Shown: positions 1 through 9,512, numbered from the stretch's first letter. The stretch is 64,000 nucleotides of DNA from Bacteroidota bacterium (GCA_043797815.1 JAZDPG010000115.1:147573-211572); one strand, 5' to 3'. The notes: a model not told the origin generated them from the sequence alone. Translations and numbers: made by a program.

Positions 1-1952
1 ATGAAGTAATGGAAGCCGTTGAAGCAGAAGAGGAGAAGGACATGAAGCTTTTTACGGAAAGCAAGATTCGTCACCTTGATTTCAGTCAATTTACTCCCAG
101 GGGCCATTACAACAAGGAGATTTATACGCGAGACGGCGTCATTACGCTGGAGAATTATTTCAGGGCAATGATGTGGTTGGGGCGGATCGATTTTTTGATG
201 ACAGCTCCACCGGAGAATCCGTGGGAACCAGACTGGAGCGATGAGGAAATCAGAAGAATGCAGATGGGGGCTCTTGTGCTGAATGAAGTACTTTATGGTT
301 GTGGAAAGCTGTGGAACCTGACCAAACATGAAGAGATCATTTCTTTTATGGTAGGCCCCGATGACAACATGACCCCTTCAGAATTGAAGGATTTAAGCAA
401 CAGAGAACTGGCTTCCGTTGCGGACCTGTTTGAATCGGAGACCTTCGATTCATTTATGGAGGAACTGAACGCTTCGGACGATTACGGGCAAAAAATAATG
501 TCGAATTTTTTTCTGGTGGATCCTGATTCCACAGATCCGGGCCAGTTGCCCGTTTCATATAAACTGCTGGGTCAGAAGTTCCTGGTGGACTCCTATGTGT
601 TCAGCGAGGTGGTATACGACAGGATCAGTTTCGAAGGAGAGAAGGTCTGGAGGCCTCTTCCCGACCCCCTGGATGCCATGGCTGCACTGGGGAATGAGGA
701 TGCCCTTGCCCTCCTTGAAGAAGAAATGGAAACCTATAAATATGCCTCCAACATGGCAGGGCTGAAGTACCTGATTGATTCTTATGATGAGGCGTTCTGG
801 GACCAGTCGTTGTACAACACCTGGCTGGGAGCCATCCGGACCCTGAATCCCCCTGTATCATCGGATGGGTTACCCTATTTCATGCAAACCACCTCCTGGC
901 ATCATGAAAAACTGAATACACAGCTTGTATCCTGGGCACAGTTGAGGCATGACAATATCCTTTACGGGAAACAGTCCTATACCGGAGGTACGGGTTGTTC
1001 ATATCCCTATACCTATGTGGAACCCTATCCCGAATTATACGGGATGTTAGGGGATTTTGCTGACAGAGCGGCCGACTTTTTCGGCCAGGTCTTTTCAGGA
1101 ATCCAGGTGGAGAGCCTGGATAGAATCTTGGATTACTATGGTGGTTATTCTGAGATCATGGAGCAGCTCGGTATCATTGCTTCCAAAGAACTGGATCATC
1201 AGGCTCTTTCAGAGGACGAGATCACCTTCCTGAAAACCATGATCAATGATTATATGGCATCGGGACCGTCTATTTCGGGATGGTATTCGGATCTGTTTTT
1301 TGACCAGGAGAAAGGCCTGTGTATGGATTTCACTGTGGCCGATGTCCATACCCAGCCCACAGATGAATACGGGGTGTATGTGGGCAATGTTCTTCACGTG
1401 GGTAACGGCAGGATCAATATGGGTGTTTTTCTCGCTGAGAATCCATGCAATCCCGGACAATACATGGCCTATGCGGGTCCTGTCTCCTCCTTTCATCAGC
1501 AGGTACAACCCGATTTTAACAGGCTGACAGACCAGGAATGGGAAGACTATTTCTGGGATGAAGATTTTCCTGAACGGCCCGACTGGGTTGCTTCATACCT
1601 GGTTGGCCAGGATGGAAAGAAGCTTCCCGAAGGCAGAATGCTGAAAGGATCGGTTTATACGGGGACAGGGATTGACCCCGGTACGAAACAGAACCCGCTG
1701 GATTACATGATCCTCTTTCCAAATCCGGCAACGGACCAGGCTGCGCTGAGGTTTATTCTGAATGCAACCGGGGATTTGAATCTGAAGGTCTTCAACACAT
1801 CCGGCCAACTGATCCACTCCACGGTTCAGCAGGGCCTGATTCCGGCCGAGCATCACATCTCCCTGCCTGTAGATCAGTGGCAAAAAGGTCTGTACCTAAT
1901 TAGAGCCGGAATCGGGAAAAATATAATGGTGAAGGAGCTGGTGGTGCAATAG
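1..1952 (+). CDS. DUF3160-like secreted protein with T9SS C-terminal sorting domain (5' end probably outside window)
   Basis: ORF 9..1952 has no in-frame stop back to the window edge. Blocks 'FTPRGHYNKE..YFRAMMWLGRIDF' and 'WAQLRHDNILYGKQSY' resemble DUF3160. The last ~80 aa ('ILFPNPATDQAALRF...GLYLIRAG...') resemble a Por/T9SS type-A C-terminal domain. Confidence 0.7.
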   Translation, partial: EVMEAVEAEEEKDMKLFTESKIRHLDFSQFTPRGHYNKEIYTRDGVITLENYFRAMMWLGRIDFLMTAPPENPWEPDWSDEEIRRMQMGALVLNEVLYGCGKLWNLTKHEEIISFMVGPDDNMTPSELKDLSNRELASVADLFESETFDSFMEELNASDDYGQKIMSNFFLVDPDSTDPGQLPVSYKLLGQKFLVDSYVFSEVVYDRISFEGEKVWRPLPDPLDAMAALGNEDALALLEEEMETYKYASNMAGLKYLIDSYDEAFWDQSLYNTWLGAIRTLNPPVSSDGLPYFMQTTSWHHEKLNTQLVSWAQLRHDNILYGKQSYTGGTGCSYPYTYVEPYPELYGMLGDFADRAADFFGQVFSGIQVESLDRILDYYGGYSEIMEQLGIIASKELDHQALSEDEITFLKTMINDYMASGPSISGWYSDLFFDQEKGLCMDFTVADVHTQPTDEYGVYVGNVLHVGNGRINMGVFLAENPCNPGQYMAYAGPVSSFHQQVQPDFNRLTDQEWEDYFWDEDFPERPDWVASYLVGQDGKKLPEGRMLKGSVYTGTGIDPGTKQNPLDYMILFPNPATDQAALRFILNATGDLNLKVFNTSGQLIHSTVQQGLIPAEHHISLPVDQWQKGLYLIRAGIGKNIMVKELVVQ

Positions 1953-1956
1953 GAGC

Positions 1957-2433
1957 TTACTCCACCGGCTTGAATACTTCGGAGATCTCGATCTTTACAA
2001 TTCGGTATCCCTTCCATACCTCGATGGCAGCGAAGATAATTCCCACAAAAACCGCAAACATACCTGCATAAAAAAAGGCCACAATCAGCCAGTCAAATGT
2101 CGGGGTGGTCTTGTTGATGGTAACCCCGATGAGTACCGAGCTGACGATAAACAGGGCAACCCCCACAGAATAACTGAATACCGCATTACGGACCAGGGAG
2201 ATTCGTTCGATCAGGTGACTGATCTGTAACTCAATATTGCTTAGCCTGCTGCTTTCGGCCTCATCGATGGATTCCTGGCGAAAAATCTTGCGTTTCTCCT
2301 CATTGAGCAACCTGATGCGGTTCACCACAAGGCTGTACTTATTGTTCATCCCCAGCAAGAGCAGACCACATGCTGAAATCATCAGACCGGGTGCAAGCAT
2401 TCCCTGAATCAGCTGAACAATGGGTATTTTCAT
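1957..2433 (-). CDS. small integral membrane protein (DUF2721-like)
   Basis: 158-aa ORF with an N-terminal TM segment, a central charged helix ('RIRLLNEEKRKIFRQE') and two C-terminal TM segments. The family name is from memory of the pattern only. Confidence 0.45.
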   Translation of the reverse strand: MKIPIVQLIQGMLAPGLMISACGLLLLGMNNKYSLVVNRIRLLNEEKRKIFRQESIDEAESSRLSNIELQISHLIERISLVRNAVFSYSVGVALFIVSSVLIGVTINKTTPTFDWLIVAFFYAGMFAVFVGIIFAAIEVWKGYRIVKIEISEVFKPVE

Positions 2434-2529
2434 GGAAACCAGGTTTAGATCTGCAAATGTTACGATTAATTATGGATTTATCAAGATCGCCGGGGCACCG
2501 CTGGGACGGTTGCTCTTAATATGGGACAG

Positions 2530-3837
2530 TTAATCCTGGTCGAGAAAGAAGAGTTCCTCTTTCAAGGAGATGATCCTGTCTTCCACGATGGCCCTGATGG
2601 AAGGAATCTGACTGTTACTTTCCCTGGCGGGAGGCTTCAGATCCAGCTGGTCGATAAACCTCTGGTAATCCACCAATGCCTGTTCTGAATGATGAAGACT
2701 GTTGTCCTGGATGGAAGCCATGAAATAGAGTGCCATGATATTGACAGTATCAGTTTCCCAAGCTTTGCCATAAAGCGCATAAGCTTGTTCATACTCCTCT
2801 TCCAGGCGTTTTATATTTCCCTGTTCGGAATAGATGCGTGAGGCTACTGCCGGGTCGGGCTGCATGAGTTTCATGGATTTATCAAGTTTGTTCATGGCCT
2901 CTTTTTTTTCATGGGTGGTGGCCAAACTGGCCCCCAGGAAGAAAAAGATCTCGGCATCCATACTGTCCTTCCTGGATGCAATCCGGAGTGATTCAATGGC
3001 CTCCGGAAAACTGGCGGTCAGGTATTGACAGATTCCCATAAATTTATAGGCAAATTCGGAAGAATCACCAAGTTCAATTGCACGCCCGAATTGCTGGATG
3101 GCCGGAAATGGTTTCCCGGCTTTGTATTGGGCGTAGCCCATCAGTTTGTTGAACTTGATGCTGGTGGAATCTAATTGCAGCATGTGCTCACAAACCGGAA
3201 TGGCTTCATCTGCTCTTTTGGCCTGAATATACCAGTTCCCGAGAGCAGAGGCAGCTTTTTGGTTATCCGGATAAAGCCTCAGCGCCTTTTCGTAAAATGC
3301 TGCCGTTCCGTTGTTGTTGTTCCTGTTCAGGAGTTCGCCCATCATCATCAGGCCCTCCAGGTTGAGGGTATCGTAAACCAGAGCCTGTTCCAGTGCATGG
3401 ATTGCTTCACCGTACCGTTGCCTGAATGAGGCAATTTCAGCCAGTTTCAGCCAGGATGATACATCAGTGCTGTCGGAGCATACCAGCACCAGGAAATTCT
3501 CCCTTGCTTTCACATAGTCCCCCGCCAGGCTGTATTGTAAGGCCAGCATCCGGCGGATCCTGATATCGTCCGGGTGATATTCCAGGGCTCCCTGCAATGT
3601 GCTAATGGCATTTCCTGTCTGACCCAGCTGTGCTTCAGACTGGGCTTTCATGTAGAAGGTAATAAAAGAAGTGTCCCCGGCGGCCATGGATTGGGTGGTT
3701 TCACGGATGACACCTGCATAGCCCCCCGTATAGAAAAGCTCCTGGAGGTTTTCCTGTGCCTGTCCATTGGAATAAGGAATCAGCAGGAGGAGAAGTACAA
3801 CGGGGCGAAGGAAGTTATTTTGCATGGAAAAAACCAC
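2530..3837 (-). CDS. tetratricopeptide (TPR) repeat protein, secreted
   Basis: 435-aa ORF with a signal-like N-terminus ('VVLLLLLIPYSNGQAQ'). It has many 34-aa A/Y/L-patterned repeats ('AIHALEQALVYD', 'YEKALRLYPDNQKA', 'AIQQFGRAIELGD'). The start could be the second Met at 3825. Confidence 0.7.
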   Translation of the reverse strand: MVFSMQNNFLRPVVLLLLLIPYSNGQAQENLQELFYTGGYAGVIRETTQSMAAGDTSFITFYMKAQSEAQLGQTGNAISTLQGALEYHPDDIRIRRMLALQYSLAGDYVKARENFLVLVCSDSTDVSSWLKLAEIASFRQRYGEAIHALEQALVYDTLNLEGLMMMGELLNRNNNNGTAAFYEKALRLYPDNQKAASALGNWYIQAKRADEAIPVCEHMLQLDSTSIKFNKLMGYAQYKAGKPFPAIQQFGRAIELGDSSEFAYKFMGICQYLTASFPEAIESLRIASRKDSMDAEIFFFLGASLATTHEKKEAMNKLDKSMKLMQPDPAVASRIYSEQGNIKRLEEEYEQAYALYGKAWETDTVNIMALYFMASIQDNSLHHSEQALVDYQRFIDQLDLKPPARESNSQIPSIRAIVEDRIISLKEELFFLDQD

Positions 3838-3871
3838 CGGTGAAAGGACCGGTGGTCATGTATCAATGGGC

Positions 3872-5212
3872 TTATTGCAAAACGAAGTTTACGGGGAAAG
3901 TGAACATCACATTTACAGCTTCTCCTTTTTGTTTACCCGGTTTCCAGTCAGGAGCTTCTCCAACTACTCTTATAACTTCATCTTTAAGCAATTGGATATA
4001 TTTTTCACTTGGGACTACGTCCTCTTCGTTCAGGGGATGGTATGCCACTACGACAACTTCATCCAGGGACTTGCCCTCCTTGTTGGCAAGGTATTGTTCC
4101 TGAGGCACCACAATTTTCCCGGTCTTTGTTACAACGAATTTGATTAGAATCCTTCCGGTAACCCCATTCTGAGCGGCTTCTTCAGGGTAGCGAATATTTT
4201 CCGCAATGTATTTACGGAATTCAATAGGTTCACCTCCATTGAAGCTAGGCATCTCCTCCACCACGGAGAATAACTCTTCATCGGCAAGAGTTAGTCCAAG
4301 GGCATCGTTTGGTTGAGGCATCTCTTCAATCACTTTGTAAACAGCATCTTCTCTGGAGTTCTTTTCGGAACAGGAAATAGCGATAAATGCAATCGCAACG
4401 AGCGGGAGGATCAGGGCGAGTTTCCATGAGCTTCCCAATTTATAATCTTTGTTTAGCATGTTGATTCGGTTTTTAATTTGACTGTTAAATTGATTTTGAA
4501 TAGAAGCGCTTCCTATATATTGATTGATGATAGACAGTTGATATTTGGCAGGGTTGGCCCCCTGGTGGATTACTGCGGAATCGGCCAGGTATTCCAGATT
4601 CTCAATGACTGCTTTCCGGTATATCCATGCCACCGGATTAAACCAGTTGATCATTACAAAAAGCTCAACCAGGATCCGGTCTACCGAATGCCACTCCTTT
4701 CTGTGGATCTGTTCGTGGTCCAGGATGTGGGTGAAAGTGTTTTCCTGAAGGGTGGAGGCATCGATAAAAATATACCCGAAAAAGGAGCTTGCGTTATACG
4801 GAGTATTTGTTAGAATGGTCCTCCCATCCACCTCCGTCCGCTCCGATTTACGGATGGCCCGGCAGACACCCCACAACTGAACCGAGAACCTGACCAATCC
4901 CAATCCAAGAATCGAAAGATAAATGGTTACCAGGAGATTTCCGGAGTTGAATGCGCCTGATGACTGTGTTTCCGGAGAAAAGGCATAAATGGTAATCTCC
5001 TCCAGGTTGAATGAAACCGGAGCATACCTGTTTACTGCAAGCCTCACTGTTGCAGGAATCAGTGGCAATATCACCGGAATAATCAAAATCCCCAGCAAAA
5101 AGATTCTTCTGACCACAAAGTTTTTATCTTTTTCAAAAAAGAGTTTGTATGCTGCAAAAAGGATGAGCAGGGCGATGTTTAGCTCCATCAGGTATATGAA
5201 CATGTTATCCAT
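3872..5212 (-). CDS. BlaR1/M56-family signal-transducing peptidase fused to a TonB C-terminal domain
   Basis: N-terminal TM helices and an HExxH motif in 'ILDHEQIHRKEWHSVDRIL'. The C-terminal 'VTGRILIKFVVTKTGKIV...GEAVNVMFTFPVNFVLQ' is TonB-C-like. It overlaps blaI by 8 bp. Confidence 0.8.
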   Translation of the reverse strand: MDNMFIYLMELNIALLILFAAYKLFFEKDKNFVVRRIFLLGILIIPVILPLIPATVRLAVNRYAPVSFNLEEITIYAFSPETQSSGAFNSGNLLVTIYLSILGLGLVRFSVQLWGVCRAIRKSERTEVDGRTILTNTPYNASSFFGYIFIDASTLQENTFTHILDHEQIHRKEWHSVDRILVELFVMINWFNPVAWIYRKAVIENLEYLADSAVIHQGANPAKYQLSIINQYIGSASIQNQFNSQIKNRINMLNKDYKLGSSWKLALILPLVAIAFIAISCSEKNSREDAVYKVIEEMPQPNDALGLTLADEELFSVVEEMPSFNGGEPIEFRKYIAENIRYPEEAAQNGVTGRILIKFVVTKTGKIVVPQEQYLANKEGKSLDEVVVVAYHPLNEEDVVPSEKYIQLLKDEVIRVVGEAPDWKPGKQKGEAVNVMFTFPVNFVLQ

Positions 5213-5588
5213 TGCTCCCGGCTTTTCTTTTCAAATCTTCCATAAGACGGATGATCTCATCCGCTTCGCTCATATTCATCGATCCGCTTTTTCCAAAGTG
5301 GGAGAGCACCTGTTGCATGGAGTTATTGAAATAGTCATGCATGAGGTTCGTAAAACGCTCATTTCTGTACTTTTCCCGGGTAACCACAGGGTAGTACCGG
5401 TGTGACTTGCCAAAACTGCGATGGCTTACAAATCCCTTTTTCTCCAGGATACGGATGATTGTTGATACTGTATTGTAGGCAGGTTTTGGTTCAGGGAAGC
5501 GTTGAAGCAGGTCTTTGACAAACGCCTCCTTTTCATCCCAGAGGATTTGCATGACTTGTTCTTCTGCTTTGGTTAATGTTGACATCAA
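5205..5588 (-). CDS. BlaI/MecI/CopY-family transcriptional repressor
   Basis: 127 aa. The winged-helix N-terminus 'LTKAEEQVMQILWDE..AYNTVSTIIRILEKKGFV' is typical of the family. The gene lies directly upstream of the M56 partner. Confidence 0.85.
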   Translation of the reverse strand: MMSTLTKAEEQVMQILWDEKEAFVKDLLQRFPEPKPAYNTVSTIIRILEKKGFVSHRSFGKSHRYYPVVTREKYRNERFTNLMHDYFNNSMQQVLSHFGKSGSMNMSEADEIIRLMEDLKRKAGSNG

Positions 5589-5623
5589 TACTGATTTTGA
5601 TCCATTTGACTTGACAAATATAA

Positions 5624-5659
5624 AACTAAATATTTAGTTACACAACTAAATCGTTAGTT
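5624..5659. promoter_or_regulatory. candidate BlaI-type operator: two adjacent inverted repeats built on AACTAA(AT)/TTAGTT
   Basis: AACTAAATATTTAGTT (5624-5639) is a perfect 16-bp palindrome. After an ACAC spacer, AACTAAATCGTTAGTT (5644-5659) follows with 6-bp perfect arms. The site lies 36-71 bp upstream of the blaI start. Confidence 0.45.
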
Positions 5660-5894
5660 TATTTTTGATTTTTTTATTTAGAATGGCATACCATAAATAA
5701 TACACAGATACGGAATGAGGTCCTATTTTTATTTAGATCGAATATTTATTTATAGACAGTAGATAAATTCTGACTTTTGTTGTTATCAGTTTCACATCAA
5801 AATTCTAATTTTAACCTTTCTTTTTGTGAAACAAATAACAAAGTTCACATAACAAGCACTAAACCAGCGTAATACATTAATTATTTACGAACCC

Positions 5895-6365
5895 ATGGAA
5901 ATGATTATTGAAAATGAATTAGTTAAGGAGCTTGCCAACAAGCATGGCAGGACACGTGAGAGCCTGATTCCCATTCTGCAGGACCTGGTGGTCCATAACC
6001 GTTTTCTGTCCAAGCAGGACATGGTTGATGTGGCCAGGGAATTGGATATATCAGCAGCTGATGTTTTCGGTACAGCCACATTTTACAGCTTCCTTGATAC
6101 GGAGGTTAGGGGAAAATATATCATCAGGGTCTGTAAAACCATATCATGCGCCATGAAAGGAAAGAATGAGATCCTGGCAACCATAGAGGATACCCTTAAA
6201 ATCAAACTGGGAGAGACATCCTCCAACAGAAAATTCAGTCTACTGGAAACGAATTGCATCGGATGGTGTCACAAAGCTCCTGCCATGCTGATCAATGATA
6301 CACCATATACCGAACTGACCCCGGAAAAGGTGACGGAGATACTTCGGGAATATATCAGGAAATAA
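5895..6365 (+). CDS. hydC: NuoE-like [2Fe-2S] thioredoxin-fold subunit of [FeFe] hydrogenase
   Basis: 156 aa. Cys ligand pairs are 'CKTISC' (Cx4C) and 'CIGWC' (Cx3C), in NuoE/HydC spacing. It is the first gene of a three-gene operon with a NuoF-like subunit and HydA. Confidence 0.8.
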   Translation: MEMIIENELVKELANKHGRTRESLIPILQDLVVHNRFLSKQDMVDVARELDISAADVFGTATFYSFLDTEVRGKYIIRVCKTISCAMKGKNEILATIEDTLKIKLGETSSNRKFSLLETNCIGWCHKAPAMLINDTPYTELTPEKVTEILREYIRK

Positions 6366-6387
6366 ACACAGTTAAAACAGAACAGAC

Positions 6388-7548
6388 ATGAAGGAAAAGC
6401 ATGTAAAAAGGGTCGATCTCATTTTCGAAAAAACCGAATGCAGGGAGATCATGGAAAAGATCATGAAAATGGATCCTGATGCCATATGCCAGGAAGTTCT
6501 TGATTCGGACCTGAAAGGACGGGGAGGGGCAGGATTTCCAACCGGAATGAAGTGGAGATTCACTGCCAAGGAGAAAGAACCGGTAAAATATGTTGTTTGC
6601 AATGCGGATGAAGGTGAGCCGGGAACATTCAAGGACCGTGAGATTCTGGATCAGGTACCAGGAAAAGTATTCTGCGGGATGGCCATTGCTGCCAGGGCGG
6701 TGGGTGCAAAAACCGGGTATGTTTACCTGAGGGGTGAATACAAATTCCTGATCCCGAAACTGAATAAACAGCTGGAAGAATTCAATATCCTGATGGATGA
6801 GTTTAACCTCAATTTCAGAATTAAAATCCGCCTGGGAAGTGGTGCATACATCTGTGGAGAGGAGAGTGCGCTTTTTGAATCCATTGAAGGGAAAAGGGGT
6901 GAACCCAGAAACAAGCCGCCCTATCCCACAACTGCCGGTTTATTTGGAAAACCAACTTCCATCAACAATGTGGAGACTCTGGTACATGCAGTTATGATTA
7001 TCAAATACGGCGCCGCCCATTTTAAGGAGCTTGGCACAAAAGACTCCCGGGGATCCAAAGTGTTTTCAGTGTCCGGCGACACCCCCAAAGCCGGGATTTA
7101 TGAACTGGAACTGGGAATGTCGGTAAACGAATTTGTGGAAGAGTTCGGCGATGGAGATACAAAAGCAGTCCAGGTGGGGGGTGCCTCCGGTTTCTGCGTA
7201 CCCCGGAAGAAATTCGAGGAGACCATCATCGGTTTTGAAGGTGTTCCGACAGGGGGGTCCATGAAACTGTTTAATTCCACACGATCCATGTACAACGTAT
7301 TGCACAACTATCTTGATTTCTTCACCGAAGAATCATGTGGTCAGTGTACACCCTGCCGTGTGGGATGTCAGCAGTTGCTGAAAGGGGTTGAAGCGGTAAA
7401 ACGCGGAGATAAGAATTCCAAGTACCTGGATGAGCTCGTGAAACTGGCAAAAACCATGAAGAGGGCTTCCAAATGCGGACTGGGACAGTCGGTTGGAAAT
7501 GCCTTCGGGTCCATCGTGGAAAATTTCAAAGAAGAGATAATATACTAG
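6388..7548 (+). CDS. hydB: NuoF-like FMN/NAD(P)H-binding [4Fe-4S] subunit of [FeFe] hydrogenase (core-only, 386 aa)
   Basis: 'GRGGAGFPTGMKW' and 'VCNADEGEPGTFKDR' are NuoF signatures. 'ESCGQCTPCRVG' plus 'SKCGLGQS' form the N3-type cluster motif. There is no extra N- or C-terminal Cys-rich domain. Confidence 0.85.
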   Translation: MKEKHVKRVDLIFEKTECREIMEKIMKMDPDAICQEVLDSDLKGRGGAGFPTGMKWRFTAKEKEPVKYVVCNADEGEPGTFKDREILDQVPGKVFCGMAIAARAVGAKTGYVYLRGEYKFLIPKLNKQLEEFNILMDEFNLNFRIKIRLGSGAYICGEESALFESIEGKRGEPRNKPPYPTTAGLFGKPTSINNVETLVHAVMIIKYGAAHFKELGTKDSRGSKVFSVSGDTPKAGIYELELGMSVNEFVEEFGDGDTKAVQVGGASGFCVPRKKFEETIIGFEGVPTGGSMKLFNSTRSMYNVLHNYLDFFTEESCGQCTPCRVGCQQLLKGVEAVKRGDKNSKYLDELVKLAKTMKRASKCGLGQSVGNAFGSIVENFKEEIIY

Positions 7549-7573
7549 TAGAAAACAGATCAAATCAGATATC

Positions 7574-9355
7574 ATGGTTAACTTATCGATCAACGGCATG
7601 TTGGTAAAAGTTCCCGAGGGAACCACCATTCTTGCTGCCGCAAAACAACAGAATTTCAGGATACCCACTCTCTGCAACCACGATGACCTTTGTGTGGCGG
7701 GTAATTGCAGGGTATGTGTGGTGGAGCAACTTGGGGGGAAGTCCCTTCTGGCTGCCTGTGCCACTCCTGTAAGTGAAGGAATGCAGATTCTGACCAATTC
7801 CCTGAAGGTGCGCGCTGCACGGAAGCATGTGATTGAATTGTTGCTATCAGAGCATAATGCCGATTGCACCAAATGCTACAAGAACGGGAAGTGTGAATTA
7901 CAGAATCTGTCCAATGAGTTCTGTGTCGGTGACCACCTGTTACTGGACCTGATCGACCTGAAGAACTATACCATTGACAGGTTCTCACCTTCTATCCAGA
8001 AGGACGACAGCAAATGCATCCGTTGTCAGCGGTGCGTTCGCACCTGCGAGCAGCTCCAGGGGGTAAATGCACTTACGGTAGCCTACAAAGGCGACAAACA
8101 AAAGATCAGCACCTTCGAAGGCCTCTCCATGTCCGAGGTAATCTGTACCAATTGTGGACAATGTATCAACCGCTGTCCCACAGGTGCACTGGTTGAACGC
8201 ACCTACCTTGATGAGGTGTGGGATGCCATTCTTGATCCAGAGAAACATGTGGTTGTTCAGACAGCTCCAGCAGTCCGCATTGGGCTGGGTGAGGAACTGG
8301 GACTTCAACCCGGAGAACGGGTCACCGGCAAAATGGTAGCTGCCCTGAAGCGTCTTGGATTTGACTCGGTTTTGGATACCGATTTCTCTGCCGACCTGAC
8401 CATCATGGAGGAGGGAACCGAGCTGCTGACCAGGCTGAAAAAGGCGCTGGTGGACAAAGATCCCGATGTGGCTTTACCCATGACCACCTCTTGTTCCCCG
8501 GGATGGGTGAAGTTCATTGAGCATACCTTCCCGGAGTACCTCCCCAATGTATCCACCTGTAAATCGCCCCAGCAAATGTTTGGGGCCCTGGCGAAAACCT
8601 ATTACGCACAGGTTAGGAAACTGGATCCGAAAAATGTGGTCAGCGTTTCGATCATGCCCTGTACAGCAAAGAAATACGAGGCCAACCGTCCGGAAATGCG
8701 TTCCAGTGGTTTCAAGGATGTGGATTATGTACTGACCACCAGGGAACTGGCCAGGATGATCAAACAGGCCGGTGTGGACTTCAACAAACTGAAGGAAGAT
8801 AAATATGACAGCATCATGGGAGAATCCACGGGTGCTGCCGTTATTTTCGGAGCCACCGGGGGCGTCATGGAAGCAGCCCTTCGGACAGCTTATGAGATCG
8901 TTACAGGCAGGGAGGTACCCTTTGAGAACCTGAACATCACACCTGTGCGCGGCATGGAAGGAATCAGGTTGGCCTCCGTGAAAATTGAAGATTGCAAAAA
9001 GGAGTGGAGTTTCCTCAATGGTGTGGAACTCAAATGTGCTGTGGCTCACGGACTGGTCAACGCCAGGGAGTTAATGAATGGGGTGAAGAACGGAGAAATT
9101 CAGGTTCATTTCATTGAAGTGATGGCCTGTCCGGGCGGCTGTCTGGGTGGTGGTGGTCAACCCATCCCAACCAACGAAGAAATCCGCAGAAAAAGGACAG
9201 AGGCAATTTATGCTGAGGACATGTCCATGGAAATCCGGAAATCCCACGAGAATCCTGAAATAATTGCGATTTACAAGGAATTCCTGGGGGAACCGCTGGG
9301 TCATAAATCCCATGAACTTCTGCATACCCATTATACGACCCGGGTCAGGTATTAA
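7574..9355 (+). CDS. hydA: [FeFe] hydrogenase catalytic subunit (M3-type: 2Fe-2S + His-ligated 4Fe-4S + 2x4Fe-4S + H-domain)
   Basis: N-terminal 'CNHDDLCVAGNCRVC', 'HNADCTKCYKNGKC', 'CIRCQRCVRTC' and 'CTNCGQCINRC'. H-cluster motifs are 'TSCSPGW' (a variant of TSCCPxW), 'MPCTAKKYE' and 'EVMACPGGCLGGGGQP'. Confidence 0.9.
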   Translation: MVNLSINGMLVKVPEGTTILAAAKQQNFRIPTLCNHDDLCVAGNCRVCVVEQLGGKSLLAACATPVSEGMQILTNSLKVRAARKHVIELLLSEHNADCTKCYKNGKCELQNLSNEFCVGDHLLLDLIDLKNYTIDRFSPSIQKDDSKCIRCQRCVRTCEQLQGVNALTVAYKGDKQKISTFEGLSMSEVICTNCGQCINRCPTGALVERTYLDEVWDAILDPEKHVVVQTAPAVRIGLGEELGLQPGERVTGKMVAALKRLGFDSVLDTDFSADLTIMEEGTELLTRLKKALVDKDPDVALPMTTSCSPGWVKFIEHTFPEYLPNVSTCKSPQQMFGALAKTYYAQVRKLDPKNVVSVSIMPCTAKKYEANRPEMRSSGFKDVDYVLTTRELARMIKQAGVDFNKLKEDKYDSIMGESTGAAVIFGATGGVMEAALRTAYEIVTGREVPFENLNITPVRGMEGIRLASVKIEDCKKEWSFLNGVELKCAVAHGLVNARELMNGVKNGEIQVHFIEVMACPGGCLGGGGQPIPTNEEIRRKRTEAIYAEDMSMEIRKSHENPEIIAIYKEFLGEPLGHKSHELLHTHYTTRVRY

Positions 9356-9381
9356 CAAGATTGGTACTCTAAACAAGGGAG

Positions 9382-9413
9382 GAGGGTGTATCAAGAGGTA
9401 CACTCTCTTTTTT
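9382..9413 (+). terminator. intrinsic terminator after hydA
   Basis: GAGGGTGTA (9382-9390) pairs with TACACTCTC (9399-9407) over 9 bp including one G-U, with an 8-nt loop. TTTTTT follows at 9408-9413. The site is 27 bp after the hydA stop. Confidence 0.6.
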
Positions 9414-9512
9414 ATTATACCCATTCGTCGCTTAAAATCTTTGCAAGCAAATATTTGTAGGCTTTCTCCTGGGCATAATAAAAAGAGATTTAATTTTTCA
9501 TGGTGCATCCGG

